A DNA stretch of 63,820 bases, filler included. It is 6 parts of 6 records of this genome, joined end to end, with 100 filler letters (N's around TTAATTAATTAA, not from the genome) between each part and the next. Parts side by side here need not be neighbours in the genome. Positions count along the whole stretch, not along the records: positions 17,054 to 32,826 come from SRR20825019_2739; positions 32,927 to 39,645 come from SRR20825019_2742; positions 39,746 to 52,429 come from SRR20825019_2744; 3 more parts are not named here. The stretch is one strand, 5' to 3'. The notes beneath the pieces were generated by a model. That model was not told the origin of the DNA and searched no databases. It saw only the letters and a list, made by a program, of their open reading frames with translations. Below, in pieces: positions 30,812 to 40,636 of this stretch (its first letter is position 1; each line of letters begins with the position of its first letter). Both the position numbers and the translations under genes were made by a program.

Positions 30812-31621
30812 TCAGCCGTAGACCACGGCGATCAGATCGCGGAGGGCTTGCTGGATATCGGGCTCGTCCGTCAGCGGCTCGATTACAGCGGCCTCAAGCG
30901 CCAGTTCGAGTGGCATGCCGCCCGCAATCAGCGTCGCAGCGTAGATCAGCAGACGGGTGGAGGCGCCCTCCTCCAGATCCATGCCCGACAGGGCCCGGAT
31001 ATGGCCGGCCAGCCGGACCAGCGGCGCAACACGGCTTTCCTCAAGCCCGCTTTCGCAAGACACGACGGCTGTCTCGGTCGCCGTATCCGGGAAGTCGAAA
31101 CCGATCGACAGAAAGCGCTGCCGGGTTGAGGGTTTCAGTCGTTTCAGGATGTTCTGGTAGCCGGGATTGTAGCTCGCCACCAGCATGAAGCCTGGCGGCG
31201 CGGTCAGCTCTTCCCCGGTGCGGTCGATCATCAGCGTCCGCCGGCTGTCCGTCAGAGGGTGCAGCACCACGGTGACGTCCTTGCGGGCTTCGACAATCTC
31301 GTCGAGATAGCAGATCGCGCCCTCGCGCACGGCCCGTGTCAACGGCCCGTCGATCCATTCGGTCTCCCCGCCACGAAGCAGGTAACGACCGATCAGATCC
31401 GCTGCCGAGAGATCGTCATGACAGGCAACGGTGTAGAGCGGGCGGCCAAGCCTGGCCGCCATATGCTCCACGAACCGCGTCTTGCCGCAGCCGGTCGGCC
31501 CCTTCAGAAGAAGGGGCAGACCATTGGCGTGGGCCGTTTCGAACAACGTGCATTCATTGCCGACGGGCCGGTAGAACGGGACGGGCTGGGTGCCCGTCAA
31601 ACCTCTCGTGTGCGCGTTCAT
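30812..31621 (-). CDS. norQ: CbbQ/NirQ/NorQ AAA+ ATPase
   Basis: KGPTGCGKTRF, YLDEIVEARKD, LKPSTRQRF, STRLL. Confidence 0.95.
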   Translation of the reverse strand: MNAHTRGLTGTQPVPFYRPVGNECTLFETAHANGLPLLLKGPTGCGKTRFVEHMAARLGRPLYTVACHDDLSAADLIGRYLLRGGETEWIDGPLTRAVREGAICYLDEIVEARKDVTVVLHPLTDSRRTLMIDRTGEELTAPPGFMLVASYNPGYQNILKRLKPSTRQRFLSIGFDFPDTATETAVVSCESGLEESRVAPLVRLAGHIRALSGMDLEEGASTRLLIYAATLIAGGMPLELALEAAVIEPLTDEPDIQQALRDLIAVVYG

Positions 31622-32826
31622 GCCTTGCCGCTTTCAGGAATAACGGCTTCACCGGGCTCGACGATTTCCCGCTGTGGCACAAGCTGGCTGTACAGGAAGA
31701 GCAGAGCACCCAGCACAACGGCAACACCGGATCCGAAGCGCATGAGATAGAAGATCTCGAGCGTGTCCTGCACATCCATGTAGTAGTCGCCGACAACCCG
31801 CTGCATATGCGTCTGGATGGTCCCGGCAAAGGTCAGTACGAACGTCATGAAGGCCATGCCGCCAGTCATCAGCCAGAAGCTAACCATGTTCAGCACCTGG
31901 TTATAGGGTGAGCGGCCCAGCAAAACCGGCATGGCATAGGTGAACATCGCGAGGTTCAGGGCGACATAGGCGCCATAGAAGGACAGATGCCCGTGCGCTG
32001 CTGTCACTTGCGTGCCGTGCGTGTAGTAATTGACGCCGTGCAGGGTGTGCAGAAAGCCCCAGACACCGGCACCGAAGAAGGCGACCGTCGCCGAGCCGAG
32101 CGACCAAAGCAGCGCCGCCTTGTTCGGGTGATTGCGCCGTCCCTTCCAGACCATCAGGAAAGCGAAGCTCATCATGGCGAAAAAGGGCACCACCTCGAAG
32201 GTCGAGAAGATCGAGCCGACCCACTGCCAATATTCAGGCAGACCGATCCAGTAGAAATGGTGGCCGGTCCCGAGAATGCCCGAGAACAGCGCTGTGGCGA
32301 CAATGACGTAGAGCCATTTCTCGATCACTTCGCGGTCGACGCCGGTCAGTTTCAGCATCAGGAAGGCGAGGATCGACGCCATCACCAGCTCCCAGGTGCC
32401 TTCGACCCAGAGATGGACGATGAACCACCAGTACATCTTGTCGAGACTGAGGTTCGACGGATTGATGAAGGCAAAGATCCAGAGCAGGGACAGCAGCCAA
32501 AGCCCGGTCAGAAGCACATTGGTGATCGCCGTCCGGCGCCCCGCCAGTACGGTCAGCGAGATATTGACGAGGAAGATCACCGCCGCCACCAGAATGCCGA
32601 ACTTGACCCAGAGCGGTTGCTCGAGAAACTCGCGCCCGCCATGGATGCCGACGAGATAGCTCGCGACCGCGCCAAGCGTGCCGACGACGAGAATGATCAG
32701 CTGCAGATAGGCCAGCTTGACCGAGTAGATCTCCCGTTCGCTTTCTTCCGGAACGAGATAGTAGGCGGCGCCGAAGAAGCCCAGCAGCAGCCAGACAATC
32801 AGCGCGTTGGTGTGGATCATGCGGAT
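31618..32826 (-). CDS. norB: Nitric oxide reductase large subunit (cNOR), 5'-partial
   Basis: HTNALIVW, HLWVEG.WE, GTGHHFYW, HTL..VNYYTHGTQ.TAAHGH. Confidence 0.96.
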   Translation of the reverse strand: MRMIHTNALIVWLLLGFFGAAYYLVPEESEREIYSVKLAYLQLIILVVGTLGAVASYLVGIHGGREFLEQPLWVKFGILVAAVIFLVNISLTVLAGRRTAITNVLLTGLWLLSLLWIFAFINPSNLSLDKMYWWFIVHLWVEGTWELVMASILAFLMLKLTGVDREVIEKWLYVIVATALFSGILGTGHHFYWIGLPEYWQWVGSIFSTFEVVPFFAMMSFAFLMVWKGRRNHPNKAALLWSLGSATVAFFGAGVWGFLHTLHGVNYYTHGTQVTAAHGHLSFYGAYVALNLAMFTYAMPVLLGRSPYNQVLNMVSFWLMTGGMAFMTFVLTFAGTIQTHMQRVVGDYYMDVQDTLEIFYLMRFGSGVAVVLGALLFLYSQLVPQREIVEPGEAVIPESGKA

Positions 32827-32926
32827 NNNNNNNNNNNNNNNNNNNNNNNNNNNNNNNNNNNNNNNNNNNNTTAATTAATTAANNNNNNNNNNNNNNNNNN
32901 NNNNNNNNNNNNNNNNNNNNNNNNNN
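32827..32926. other. Artificial contig spacer
   Basis: N-run, TTAATTAATTAA, N-run. Confidence 0.99.
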
Positions 32927-33141
32927 ACGCAATCGGTGGGCGTGCCGCGCAGCGCAAAATGCCGGTCGTCGATCTTGCGCATCCTGAGCGGCTCGGACAA
33001 TGACAGCGAGTGGGCAAAGCCCGACTGGTCGGTCTCGGGCGCCACCACCCACACATCGTCGCTCAGCGTGCGGGCAATCCGCTCCAGCGTCGCCAGCCCT
33101 TCCGCGTGAATGCCATCATCATTGGTCAACAGAATGCGCAA
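32927..33141 (-). CDS. surE: 5'/3'-nucleotidase SurE, 3'-partial
   Basis: RILLTNDDG...VAPETDQSG...GTPTDC; TTG start. Confidence 0.95.
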
Positions 33142-33145
33142 AGTC

Positions 33146-34657
33146 TCAATCCTCTACTGCTTCGATTTTCTCCAGGCCGCCCATATAGGGTTTCAGCGCT
33201 GACGGTATCGTGACACTGCCATCCTCGTTCTGGTAATTCTCCAGAACCGCGATCAGCGCCCGGCCAACCGCCGTTCCCGAACCGTTGAGAGTGTGCACGA
33301 AGCGCGTCTGCTTCTCGCCTGCAACCCGGTAGCGCGCATTCATGCGCCGCCCCTGAAAATCGCCGCAGACCGAGCAGGACGAGATCTCACGATAGGCGTT
33401 CTGCCCTGGAAGCCACACTTCCAGATCATAGGTCTTGCGTGCGCCAAAGCCCATGTCGCCGGTGCACAGCACCATGGTGCGGAACGGAAGATCGAGCTTT
33501 TTGAGCACGGTTTCGGCACAGGCCGTCATGCGCTCATGCTCGGCAATCGCGCTTTCCGCATCGGTGATCGAGACGAGCTCCACCTTGTAGAACTGATGCT
33601 GGCGCAGCATGCCGCGCGTGTCGCGTCCGGCCGACCCGGCTTCCGATCGGAAGCATGGCGTCAGCGCGGTGAAGCGCAGGGGCAGCTTTTCGCCATCGAG
33701 AATTTCCTCGCGCACCAGATTGGTGAGCGAGACTTCTGCCGTCGGGATCAGCCACTTTCTATCTCCCCGAACAGCCTCAATCTTTAAAGCATCCCATTCC
33801 AAGCCCATAGCGGCGAGCTTGGCTCCCGTGCCTTCAGACTCAGCAAGTAAATTCAATTCCAACAAGTCTCGATTGAAATTTCCTTCACCGAGACCACTCT
33901 CTGACTGCCTTGAAACATCAGCTATGTGAGACCAGTTCTCCGCAAGCACTTTCATTGCCTCCTGTCTGATTCTCAATGCGGACGCTTCATTAGCTATCTC
34001 AAACAAATCCTCGCTGAACTTCGGCAACTGCCCTGTGCCGAACATCGCATCGTCGCGCACCAGAAGCGGCGGCTGGACTTCCGTATAGCCATGCTCCTGC
34101 GTGTGCAGGTCGAGCATGAACTGCCCCAACGCACGCTCAAGCCGTGCAAGCTGCCCCGAAAGCACCGTGAAGCGCGCGCCCGAAAGCTTCGCCGCACGCT
34201 CGAAATCCATCTGGCCGAGTGCCTCTCCGATCTCGAAATGCTCCCTGGCCCAGTTGGCGCGCTTCGGCTCGCCATGTTTGCGCACCTCCACATTGTCGTT
34301 CTCGTCAGCGCCGACAGGCACATCGTCGAGCGGAACATTGGGAATGCGCGCCAGCGCGTCGTTCAACGCCGCATCATGGCGCCGCTCCTCGGCTTCGCCA
34401 TCCTGCACAAAACTCTTCAGCTCCGACACCTCGGCCTTCAGCTTCTCGGCAAGCTCCCTGTCGCCGGAGGCCATGGCCTTGCCGATTTCCCTGGAGGCGG
34501 CATTGCGGCGCTCCTGCGCTTCCTGCAGCTGTGTAAGGTGCTGGCGGCGCGCTTCGTCGAGCGCGATAAGCTTCGCGCTTTCAGGGTCCGCGCCGCGCTT
34601 TTTCAGCGCTTCGTCCAGCGCCTGCGGGTTCTCGCGAATCCATTTGATGTCGAGCAT
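33146..34657 (-). CDS. serS: Serine--tRNA ligase with internal insertion
   Basis: [50 protein letters not shown]. Confidence 0.97.
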   Translation of the reverse strand: MLDIKWIRENPQALDEALKKRGADPESAKLIALDEARRQHLTQLQEAQERRNAASREIGKAMASGDRELAEKLKAEVSELKSFVQDGEAEERRHDAALNDALARIPNVPLDDVPVGADENDNVEVRKHGEPKRANWAREHFEIGEALGQMDFERAAKLSGARFTVLSGQLARLERALGQFMLDLHTQEHGYTEVQPPLLVRDDAMFGTGQLPKFSEDLFEIANEASALRIRQEAMKVLAENWSHIADVSRQSESGLGEGNFNRDLLELNLLAESEGTGAKLAAMGLEWDALKIEAVRGDRKWLIPTAEVSLTNLVREEILDGEKLPLRFTALTPCFRSEAGSAGRDTRGMLRQHQFYKVELVSITDAESAIAEHERMTACAETVLKKLDLPFRTMVLCTGDMGFGARKTYDLEVWLPGQNAYREISSCSVCGDFQGRRMNARYRVAGEKQTRFVHTLNGSGTAVGRALIAVLENYQNEDGSVTIPSALKPYMGGLEKIEAVED

Positions 34658-34723
34658 GTCAGATTTCCAATCGCGGAGAGATTGCGGTGAACCGCCTCGA
34701 ACGCGACAGGAAAGCCTGCAAAT

Positions 34724-35557
34724 CTAGGCGGTCGGCTGGTCCGCTTCGTCGGTCTCGTCCTGCGCGGTCTTTTCCTTCTCGCGCTGGCGCTCGACCATAC
34801 GGGCGGCCCAGATGGCAATTTCGTAGAGAAGGATGGTCGGAAGCGCAAGACCGATCTGGCTCACCGGGTCCGGTGGCGTCAGGATCGCCGCCGCCACAAA
34901 GGCCGCCACGATCGCATATTTGCGCTTGTCGGCGAGCCCAGTCGAGGTCAGAAGCCCCACCCGCGCCATCAGCGTCGTCACCACCGGGAGCTGGAACACC
35001 AGGCCGAAGGACAGGATCAGCGTCATGATCAGCCCGAGATATTCGGAAACCTTGGGCAGGAGCGAAATCTGCACCGTATTGTCCGGCCCCACCTGCTGCA
35101 TCGACAGGAAGAACCACATCACCATCGGCGTGAAGAAGAAGTAGACGAGCGCTGCACCGATCAGAAACAGGATCGGCGAAGCAATCAGGAACGGCATGAA
35201 GGCCCGCCGCTCATTGCGGTAAAGACCGGGCGCGACAAACTTGTAGACCTGCATGGCGATCACCGGAAAAGCGAGCACCAGTCCGCCGAACATGGCAAGC
35301 TTGATCTGGGTGAAGAAAAATTCCTGCGGCGCGGTGTAGATCAGGTCCACCTTGTCCGCGTCCAGCCCCGCCCACTGGGTAGCCCACTGGAACGGGATGA
35401 CAAGCAAATTGAAAATCTGCTTGGCAAAGAAAAAGCAGACGAGGAACGCCACGAAAAACCCGGCAAGCGCCCACATCAGACGCGATCTGAGCTCGATCAG
35501 GTGGTCGATCAGCGGCGCGGAAGACTGATCGATATCGTCGTCACGTTCGGCGTTCAC
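34724..35557 (-). CDS. tatC: Twin-arginine translocase TatC
   Basis: PLIDHLIELRSR, FVAPGLY..E, FQLP, LTPPD, LLYE. Confidence 0.97.
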   Translation of the reverse strand: MNAERDDDIDQSSAPLIDHLIELRSRLMWALAGFFVAFLVCFFFAKQIFNLLVIPFQWATQWAGLDADKVDLIYTAPQEFFFTQIKLAMFGGLVLAFPVIAMQVYKFVAPGLYRNERRAFMPFLIASPILFLIGAALVYFFFTPMVMWFFLSMQQVGPDNTVQISLLPKVSEYLGLIMTLILSFGLVFQLPVVTTLMARVGLLTSTGLADKRKYAIVAAFVAAAILTPPDPVSQIGLALPTILLYEIAIWAARMVERQREKEKTAQDETDEADQPTA

Positions 35558-36129
35558 GACTTGGCTCCGCTAGTCTTTTTTGCCGGAGCGCGCTTGGTCG
35601 CGCCCGCCGTTTTGGTTTTGCTGCCTGCCTTTGGCCTGGCCGTCGTCGCGGGCTTTGTTGCCGCTGCTTTGGTCGCCCTCGGCTTTGCTGCCGTTTTCGT
35701 CGCCGTGCGGGGCTTGGCCGTGGCCTTGGGCTTTGCCTCACCCGGCATGCGGGTCGCGCCCGCCTTTGCCGGCGCCGCCGCTTGCGGCTCCTTGGACGCC
35801 GGCGTGCCCGATTTCGCCGCCTGCGGCTTCATCGCCGCATCAAGTCCGGAGCGGATCTCCTGCCCCACCTTCTCGATCGGGTTGAGATGTTTCTTGATCT
35901 CGTTGCGCGGATCGAGCTTGCGTGCGTCGTCCACGAGGGATTTGACGTCATCAAGCTCCGCCTCCTGCAGCGCCTCATCGAACTGCTTGCGGAAATCGCC
36001 CGCCATAGTCCGCAATTTGGACGTCGTGCGCCCGAAGGTGCGCAGCATACGCGGCAAGTCCTTCGGCCCGACCACGACGATCAGGACGATGGCGATCACC
36101 ATGATTTCGGGCCAGCCAAGATCAAACAT
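35554..36129 (-). CDS. tatB: Twin-arginine translocase TatB
   Basis: MFDLGWPE...VVGPKDLP; Ala/Lys/Pro-rich tail. Confidence 0.95.
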   Translation of the reverse strand: MFDLGWPEIMVIAIVLIVVVGPKDLPRMLRTFGRTTSKLRTMAGDFRKQFDEALQEAELDDVKSLVDDARKLDPRNEIKKHLNPIEKVGQEIRSGLDAAMKPQAAKSGTPASKEPQAAAPAKAGATRMPGEAKPKATAKPRTATKTAAKPRATKAAATKPATTARPKAGSKTKTAGATKRAPAKKTSGAKS

Positions 36130-36183
36130 AGGTCACCGGAAACGGATAGCAGGAAGTGGAAACGCTGCGCGGAACGCGGCGAA

Positions 36184-36408
36184 TCAGCCGGACTTCTTCT
36201 TGCTCGGCTTGGTCGCTTCCTTCACCGGCTCATCGGCCTGATGTTCGACCGTCTTGGTCGTGTCCTCATCATCGTCGGACATGCCCTTCTTGAAGCTCTT
36301 GATGCCCTTGGCCATGTCGCCCATCAGCTCGGGGATCTTGCCGCGTCCGAAAAGAAGCAGCACCACGACGAGCACGATAAGCCAGTGCCAGATTGAAAAG
36401 GAACCCAT
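36184..36408 (-). CDS. tatA: Twin-arginine translocase TatA
   Basis: [12 protein letters not shown]...[24 protein letters not shown]. Confidence 0.96.
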   Translation of the reverse strand: MGSFSIWHWLIVLVVVLLLFGRGKIPELMGDMAKGIKSFKKGMSDDDEDTTKTVEHQADEPVKEATKPSKKKSG

Positions 36409-36443
36409 GATCAGTCTCTTTCACCAATTGCCATTGATTTGAT

Positions 36444-37562
36444 TTATGCGCTTTCGCGCGATGTTTCAAACGATTGTCTCGCGAATACGAGAACATCGCT
36501 CTCGATCACGTTCAGCCAGATGTCTCGCACGCCCGGCTGCAACTGTCCGCAGCGCACACGCGCCCGCACGTGATGGTCAGCCCCGGGTATCGCAAGTTCG
36601 AGGAACTCCACCACGCCGAGGAAGCGGCGCGAAACGATGCGTGCCGGTACCGAGCCCCGTTCCTGATCCACCTGAAAGCCGGAAAGGCGTACAGCCACCG
36701 TGGCGTCCGTCCCCTCTTCCAGACCACCTGCCGGAAAACGCCCCAGAGGCGTTTCCACGCCGCCTCCATGTACCTGCCCCTCAAACTCGTTGATCTCCGA
36801 AAAGAAGCTGGCGACGAAGACGTCGGCCGGACGTCGATACAGTTCTTCGGCGGTCCCCACCTGGACAAGCTTACCATCCTTGAGCAGCGCAATCCGGTCC
36901 CCCATGCGCATCGCTTCCTCTGCGTCATGCGTCACCACAACGGCGGTCGCACGGCTTTGCCGCAGAATGGAGAGCGTTTCCGCGCGCACACTGTCCTTCA
37001 AACGGGAATCGAGCCCTGAGAATGGCTCATCCATCAAAAGCACAGCCGGCCGTGGCGCCAGCGCACGTGCAAGGGCAACACGCTGCTGCTCACCGCCCGA
37101 CAACACGTGCGGATAGGCACCGGCGTAACCTTCAAGCCCGACGCGCTCAAGCGCGATCATTGCCTCTTTCTGGGCTTCCTCACCCGAAAGCGCGGTCAGT
37201 CCAAAACGCACATTGTCGAGAATCGTCAGATGCGGAAACAGCGCAAAATCCTGAAACACCAGACCTATCGAGCGCTTTTCAGGCGGCAGGAAAACACTGG
37301 GCCCGGCAATTTCCCGCTCGTTCAGAAACACCTGGCCGGAGCGTTGCGCCTCGATGCCGGCGGCAATCCTGAGCAGGGTCGTCTTGCCGGACCCCGATGG
37401 GCCGAGAAGACAAAGCACCTCACCCGGCTCTGCGCAGAGAGAGACATCCCTGAGCGTCTGCGCTCCCGAAGCATAGGCATGACTGATATTCTGGAAAGAA
37501 AGACGCGCCGCGAAGCTGACGCCGGCCGTTCCACGCGCCGAACTTTGCTTCTTAATGTCCAT
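36444..37562 (-). CDS. ABC transporter ATP-binding protein (Fe3+/polyamine FbpC-like)
   Basis: GPSGSGKT, FQDFALFPH, LSGGEQQR, LMDEP, VTHD; start trimmed to MDIKK. Confidence 0.9.
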   Translation of the reverse strand: MDIKKQSSARGTAGVSFAARLSFQNISHAYASGAQTLRDVSLCAEPGEVLCLLGPSGSGKTTLLRIAAGIEAQRSGQVFLNEREIAGPSVFLPPEKRSIGLVFQDFALFPHLTILDNVRFGLTALSGEEAQKEAMIALERVGLEGYAGAYPHVLSGGEQQRVALARALAPRPAVLLMDEPFSGLDSRLKDSVRAETLSILRQSRATAVVVTHDAEEAMRMGDRIALLKDGKLVQVGTAEELYRRPADVFVASFFSEINEFEGQVHGGGVETPLGRFPAGGLEEGTDATVAVRLSGFQVDQERGSVPARIVSRRFLGVVEFLELAIPGADHHVRARVRCGQLQPGVRDIWLNVIESDVLVFARQSFETSRESA

Positions 37563-37615
37563 GCACCGGTATCCCTGGATGGATCGCAGGCGGCCCCTGT
37601 CCCGCAGGACTTCCG

Positions 37616-38347
37616 TCAATCATCCTCAGCGAGCGGTGTCAACAGACCAAGTTCTTCCAGGTCGATATCCGTCAGCGGATCTTCATCTTCTGTGAGTTCG
37701 TCCGGATCGCTCATTGGCTGCGGCACCGAGAAATTGGCCGGCATTCTGGCAGAAAGCAGCCCGGCCCCTTTCAGCTCATCGATGCCCGGTAGATCGCGCA
37801 GTTCCGTCAGCCCAAAGTGATCCAGAAATTCCGTGCTGGTTCCGTAGGTTACCGGGCGTCCGGGTGTGCGGCGGCGACCGCGCATCTTGACCCAGCCCGT
37901 TTCAAGCAGAATGTCGAGCGTGCCCTTGGATGTCTCGACACCGCGAATTTCCTCAATCTCGGCGCGTGTCACCGGCTGGTGATAGGCGATGACCGCGAGC
38001 ATTTCGAGCGCGGCACGCGACAATTTGCGCTGCTGAACAGCGTTCCTGTTCATTAGAAACGACAGATCGCTTGCCGTTCGAAAGGCCCAGCTGTTTTCAA
38101 CGCGAACCAGGTTTACCCCGCGCTTTTCATAGTCTTTCTGGAGTTCGGCAAGAGCTTGAGCAACATCGGTTCCATCGGGCAGACGCTCAGCCAGCGCCTT
38201 TTCGGCCACCGGTTCCGCGCTTGCGAAGATAATGGCCTCCACCATCCGTTTGACCTCGACGAGATGCGGCGAACGCGCCTGAGAGGTGTCGTTTTCCTGC
38301 TCGCCCTCGTTGGCGACAAAGGGAACCACATTGCTGTTGTCAGTCAT
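37616..38347 (-). CDS. scpB: Segregation and condensation protein B
   Basis: EAIIFAS, LSRAALE.LA.IAY.QPVTRAEIEEIRGV, GRP..YGT...FL..FGL. Confidence 0.95.
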   Translation of the reverse strand: MTDNSNVVPFVANEGEQENDTSQARSPHLVEVKRMVEAIIFASAEPVAEKALAERLPDGTDVAQALAELQKDYEKRGVNLVRVENSWAFRTASDLSFLMNRNAVQQRKLSRAALEMLAVIAYHQPVTRAEIEEIRGVETSKGTLDILLETGWVKMRGRRRTPGRPVTYGTSTEFLDHFGLTELRDLPGIDELKGAGLLSARMPANFSVPQPMSDPDELTEDEDPLTDIDLEELGLLTPLAEDD

Positions 38348-39188
38348 CGGCGTTCTCAAAAAGGCTGGCTGGCGCCTTCTTGCCCGTCCGCATATAGATG
38401 GGGGCGAAAGGCTCCTGCTGGCGAATTTCGAGCGCTCCTTCCCGCACCAGTTCAAGAGAGGCGGCGAAAGAGCTTGCAGTTGCTGTCGCCCGGTCCTCCG
38501 CATTGGTCATGTAGCGGATGAGAAAATGATCGAGCGCAGTCCAGTCGCCGAATTCGCCGATCATTCGAACAAGGATTTCACGCGCCTGCTTGAGCGACCA
38601 GACACCCCGCTTGGCAATGCGCACATTGGTAACCGCACGGCGCTGACGCTGCGAGGCATAAGCGGTGAGAAGGTCGTAGAGCGAGGCCGCAAAAGCGCTT
38701 TCCTTCTGAACGATCACCGGTTCCGGCATTCCACGGGCAAACACGTCCCGGCCCAGGCGATTGCGATTAACGAGTCGGGCTGCTGCATCTCGCATCGCTT
38801 CCAGCCGTTTCAGCCGAAACTGCAAAAGTGCTGCCATTTCCTCACCGGTCGGCTCTTCGTCCTCCGGTTTTTTGGGGATCAGCAGGCGGGATTTCAGATA
38901 GGCGAGCCAGGCCGCCATCACCAGGTAGTCGGCGGCCAGCTCCAGCCGCATCTTGTGGACCTTTTCGACGAAAGCGATGTATTGCTCGGCCAGGGCCAGC
39001 ACGGAAATCCGCGCCAGATCCACCTTCTGCGTCCGCGCCAGATGGAGAAGCAGGTCGAGCGGACCTTCAAAACCGTCGACGTCAACCGTCAGCGCAGGCT
39101 CGGAGACACCACGCTCCTTTGCCTGATCGTCCCACAGCTTGTCCATGGGTGCCGGTTTGACGGCCGTCTTTTCAGCGTTCTGCGCCAA
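38340..39188 (-). CDS. scpA: Segregation and condensation protein A
   Basis: FEGPLDLLL.L, AADYLVMAA.L..LKSR.L.P, F.A.LELVREG. Confidence 0.95.
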   Translation of the reverse strand: MAQNAEKTAVKPAPMDKLWDDQAKERGVSEPALTVDVDGFEGPLDLLLHLARTQKVDLARISVLALAEQYIAFVEKVHKMRLELAADYLVMAAWLAYLKSRLLIPKKPEDEEPTGEEMAALLQFRLKRLEAMRDAAARLVNRNRLGRDVFARGMPEPVIVQKESAFAASLYDLLTAYASQRQRRAVTNVRIAKRGVWSLKQAREILVRMIGEFGDWTALDHFLIRYMTNAEDRATATASSFAASLELVREGALEIRQQEPFAPIYMRTGKKAPASLFENADD

Positions 39189-39207
39189 GCGTCATTGACC
39201 CTTATCG

Positions 39208-39645
39208 TCAAGCGACCGCCGCGAAGCACTCCTCGAATTCCGCGCGCGCGGCCAATTCTTCCGTATCGTCCCCCGGATTGAGGCAAGCCAGTGCACGATT
39301 GGCCCGCTCCAGGCTCTTGCCCGACAATTCAGGCGCCTTTTCGGCGACAGCCTGCATTTCCGGCATAATGCCGTGACAGTGAAGGACGAGATCGCAGCCC
39401 GCCGCAAGGATTGCTTCGGCCCGTTCTGAGAAATCCCCAGAAAGTGCGTGCATGGACACGTCGTCGCTCATGAGGAGTCCGTCGAAGCCGATCTCCCCAC
39501 GGATGATGTCGCGCACCACCTTCCCGGATGTGGTTGCCGGGCGTTCGGGATCTACCGCATGGAAGACAATATGCGCGGTCATCGCCATCGGCAGGTCAGC
39601 CAGCGCCTTGAAAGGCACGAAATCGTGTGTGCGCAGTTCCTCCAG
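39208..39645 (-). CDS. nagZ: Beta-N-acetylhexosaminidase (GH3), 5'-partial
   Basis: PF..L, MTAH, IR.EIGFDGLLMSDD, AGCD; conserved nagZ-scpAB order. Confidence 0.9.
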   Translation of the reverse strand: MEELRTHDFVPFKALADLPMAMTAHIVFHAVDPERPATTSGKVVRDIIRGEIGFDGLLMSDDVSMHALSGDFSERAEAILAAGCDLVLHCHGIMPEMQAVAEKAPELSGKSLERANRALACLNPGDDTEELAARAEFEECFAAVA

Positions 39646-39745
39646 NNNNNNNNNNNNNNNNNNNNNNNNNNNNNNNNNNNNNNNNNNNNTTAATTAATTA
39701 ANNNNNNNNNNNNNNNNNNNNNNNNNNNNNNNNNNNNNNNNNNNN
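39646..39745. other. Artificial contig spacer
   Basis: N-run, TTAATTAATTAA, N-run. Confidence 0.99.
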
Positions 39746-39773
39746 GGGGGTTCAAGTCCCTCCTCCGCTACCA
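39746..39773 (+). tRNA. 3' end of a tRNA, probably alphaproteobacterial elongator tRNA-Met; gene or att duplication, cut by the contig edge
   Basis: GGGGG-TTCAAGT-CCCTC T-arm plus CTCCGCT-A-CCA; isotype is from recalled similarity, the anticodon is not visible. Confidence 0.75.
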
Positions 39774-39841
39774 TTTTTCTCTCATAAAAACAGTAAGTTA
39801 GATTTTCGCCCTGCCTCGGCGAGCCGCCATTTTTGGCTCTT

Positions 39842-39860
39842 GGGGACAATTTAGGGACAG
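39842..39860. repeat. Tandem GGGACA repeats, putative integrase arm-binding sites beside the tRNA-Met end
   Basis: GGGGACAATTTAGGGACAG about 70 nt downstream of the tRNA CCA. Confidence 0.5.
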
Positions 39861-39996
39861 TAAGAACAAGAAAGCTTCAATGCGTTACCGCAAAACAGAA
39901 ATGAGTTTGTAGAAGAAGAATCCATGCCGCTTGCAATGCCCCAACCCGAGGGCAATACCGTGTGAGGTACGGCTCTTAAAATTGAAAGAGGTGATG

Positions 39997-40587
39997 ATGG
40001 CCGAGTTCGTCCAGCTTCGAATTTCACTGAACAACATTGAGCCCGAAATCTGGCGACGCATCATCGTGCCCGGAAATCTGAACCTACATGAACTGCATGG
40101 CCTTCTTCAGGGGGCAATGGGATGGGAAAACTACCACCTTTATGGCTATACGATTGCAGACAAGCGTTACGAGCTGCCAGAGCGCAGTGCGGACGGCCCA
40201 GAAGAAGGCAGCCTGGATGCGCGTGAGGTGCGGCTAGATAAAACCGTGCGCGTCGGCGAGTCGATTTTATATCGCTATGATTTTGGCGACGGTTGGACAC
40301 ATACCGTCACCCGTGAACGCCTGACGCGGCCAATTCCAAACGTTTTTTTCGTCGGCTTGTGCCTCGAAGGTGCAAACGCTTGCCCGCCGGAAGATGTTGG
40401 CGGTGAGCCCGGCTACGAACGCCACTTGACCGATTTAAAGAAGGGAAAGGGCGACGCATACAGAAATGCTATTTCATGGCGAGGCGCATTTGACCCGAAG
40501 CTATTCAGTCCGACACAAGCGACCCAAGCGATGTCGATGTTCGCTGTGATGATGAATTTGCGGCGCGAGGGGTTTGACTGGCTTTGA
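39997..40587 (+). CDS. Plasmid pRiA4b ORF-3 family protein
   Basis: PEIWRRI.VP, LH..LQ.AMGWENYHLY, Y.YDFGDGW.H, CPPEDVGG..GY. Confidence 0.9.
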   Translation: MAEFVQLRISLNNIEPEIWRRIIVPGNLNLHELHGLLQGAMGWENYHLYGYTIADKRYELPERSADGPEEGSLDAREVRLDKTVRVGESILYRYDFGDGWTHTVTRERLTRPIPNVFFVGLCLEGANACPPEDVGGEPGYERHLTDLKKGKGDAYRNAISWRGAFDPKLFSPTQATQAMSMFAVMMNLRREGFDWL

Positions 40588-40612
40588 TCTAATTTGACTG
40601 GCTTTGATCTAA
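40573..40612 (+). repeat. Perfect 20-bp tandem duplication
   Basis: TTTGACTGGCTTTGATCTAA twice, spanning the stop codon of the pRiA4b ORF. Confidence 0.9.
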
Positions 40613-40636
40613 CAAGAACGTTCCGCTCCCTTTGCT

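Noticed and set aside
33755-34000. SerRS insertion as an intein or intron
   Set aside because: No N-terminal Cys/Ser or C-terminal His-Asn plus nucleophile, shorter than typical mini-inteins, stop-free and in frame, no recognisable intron structure
35580-35830. Low-complexity Ala/Lys/Pro repeats suggesting a histone-like gene
   Set aside because: Ordinary disordered TatB C-terminal tail
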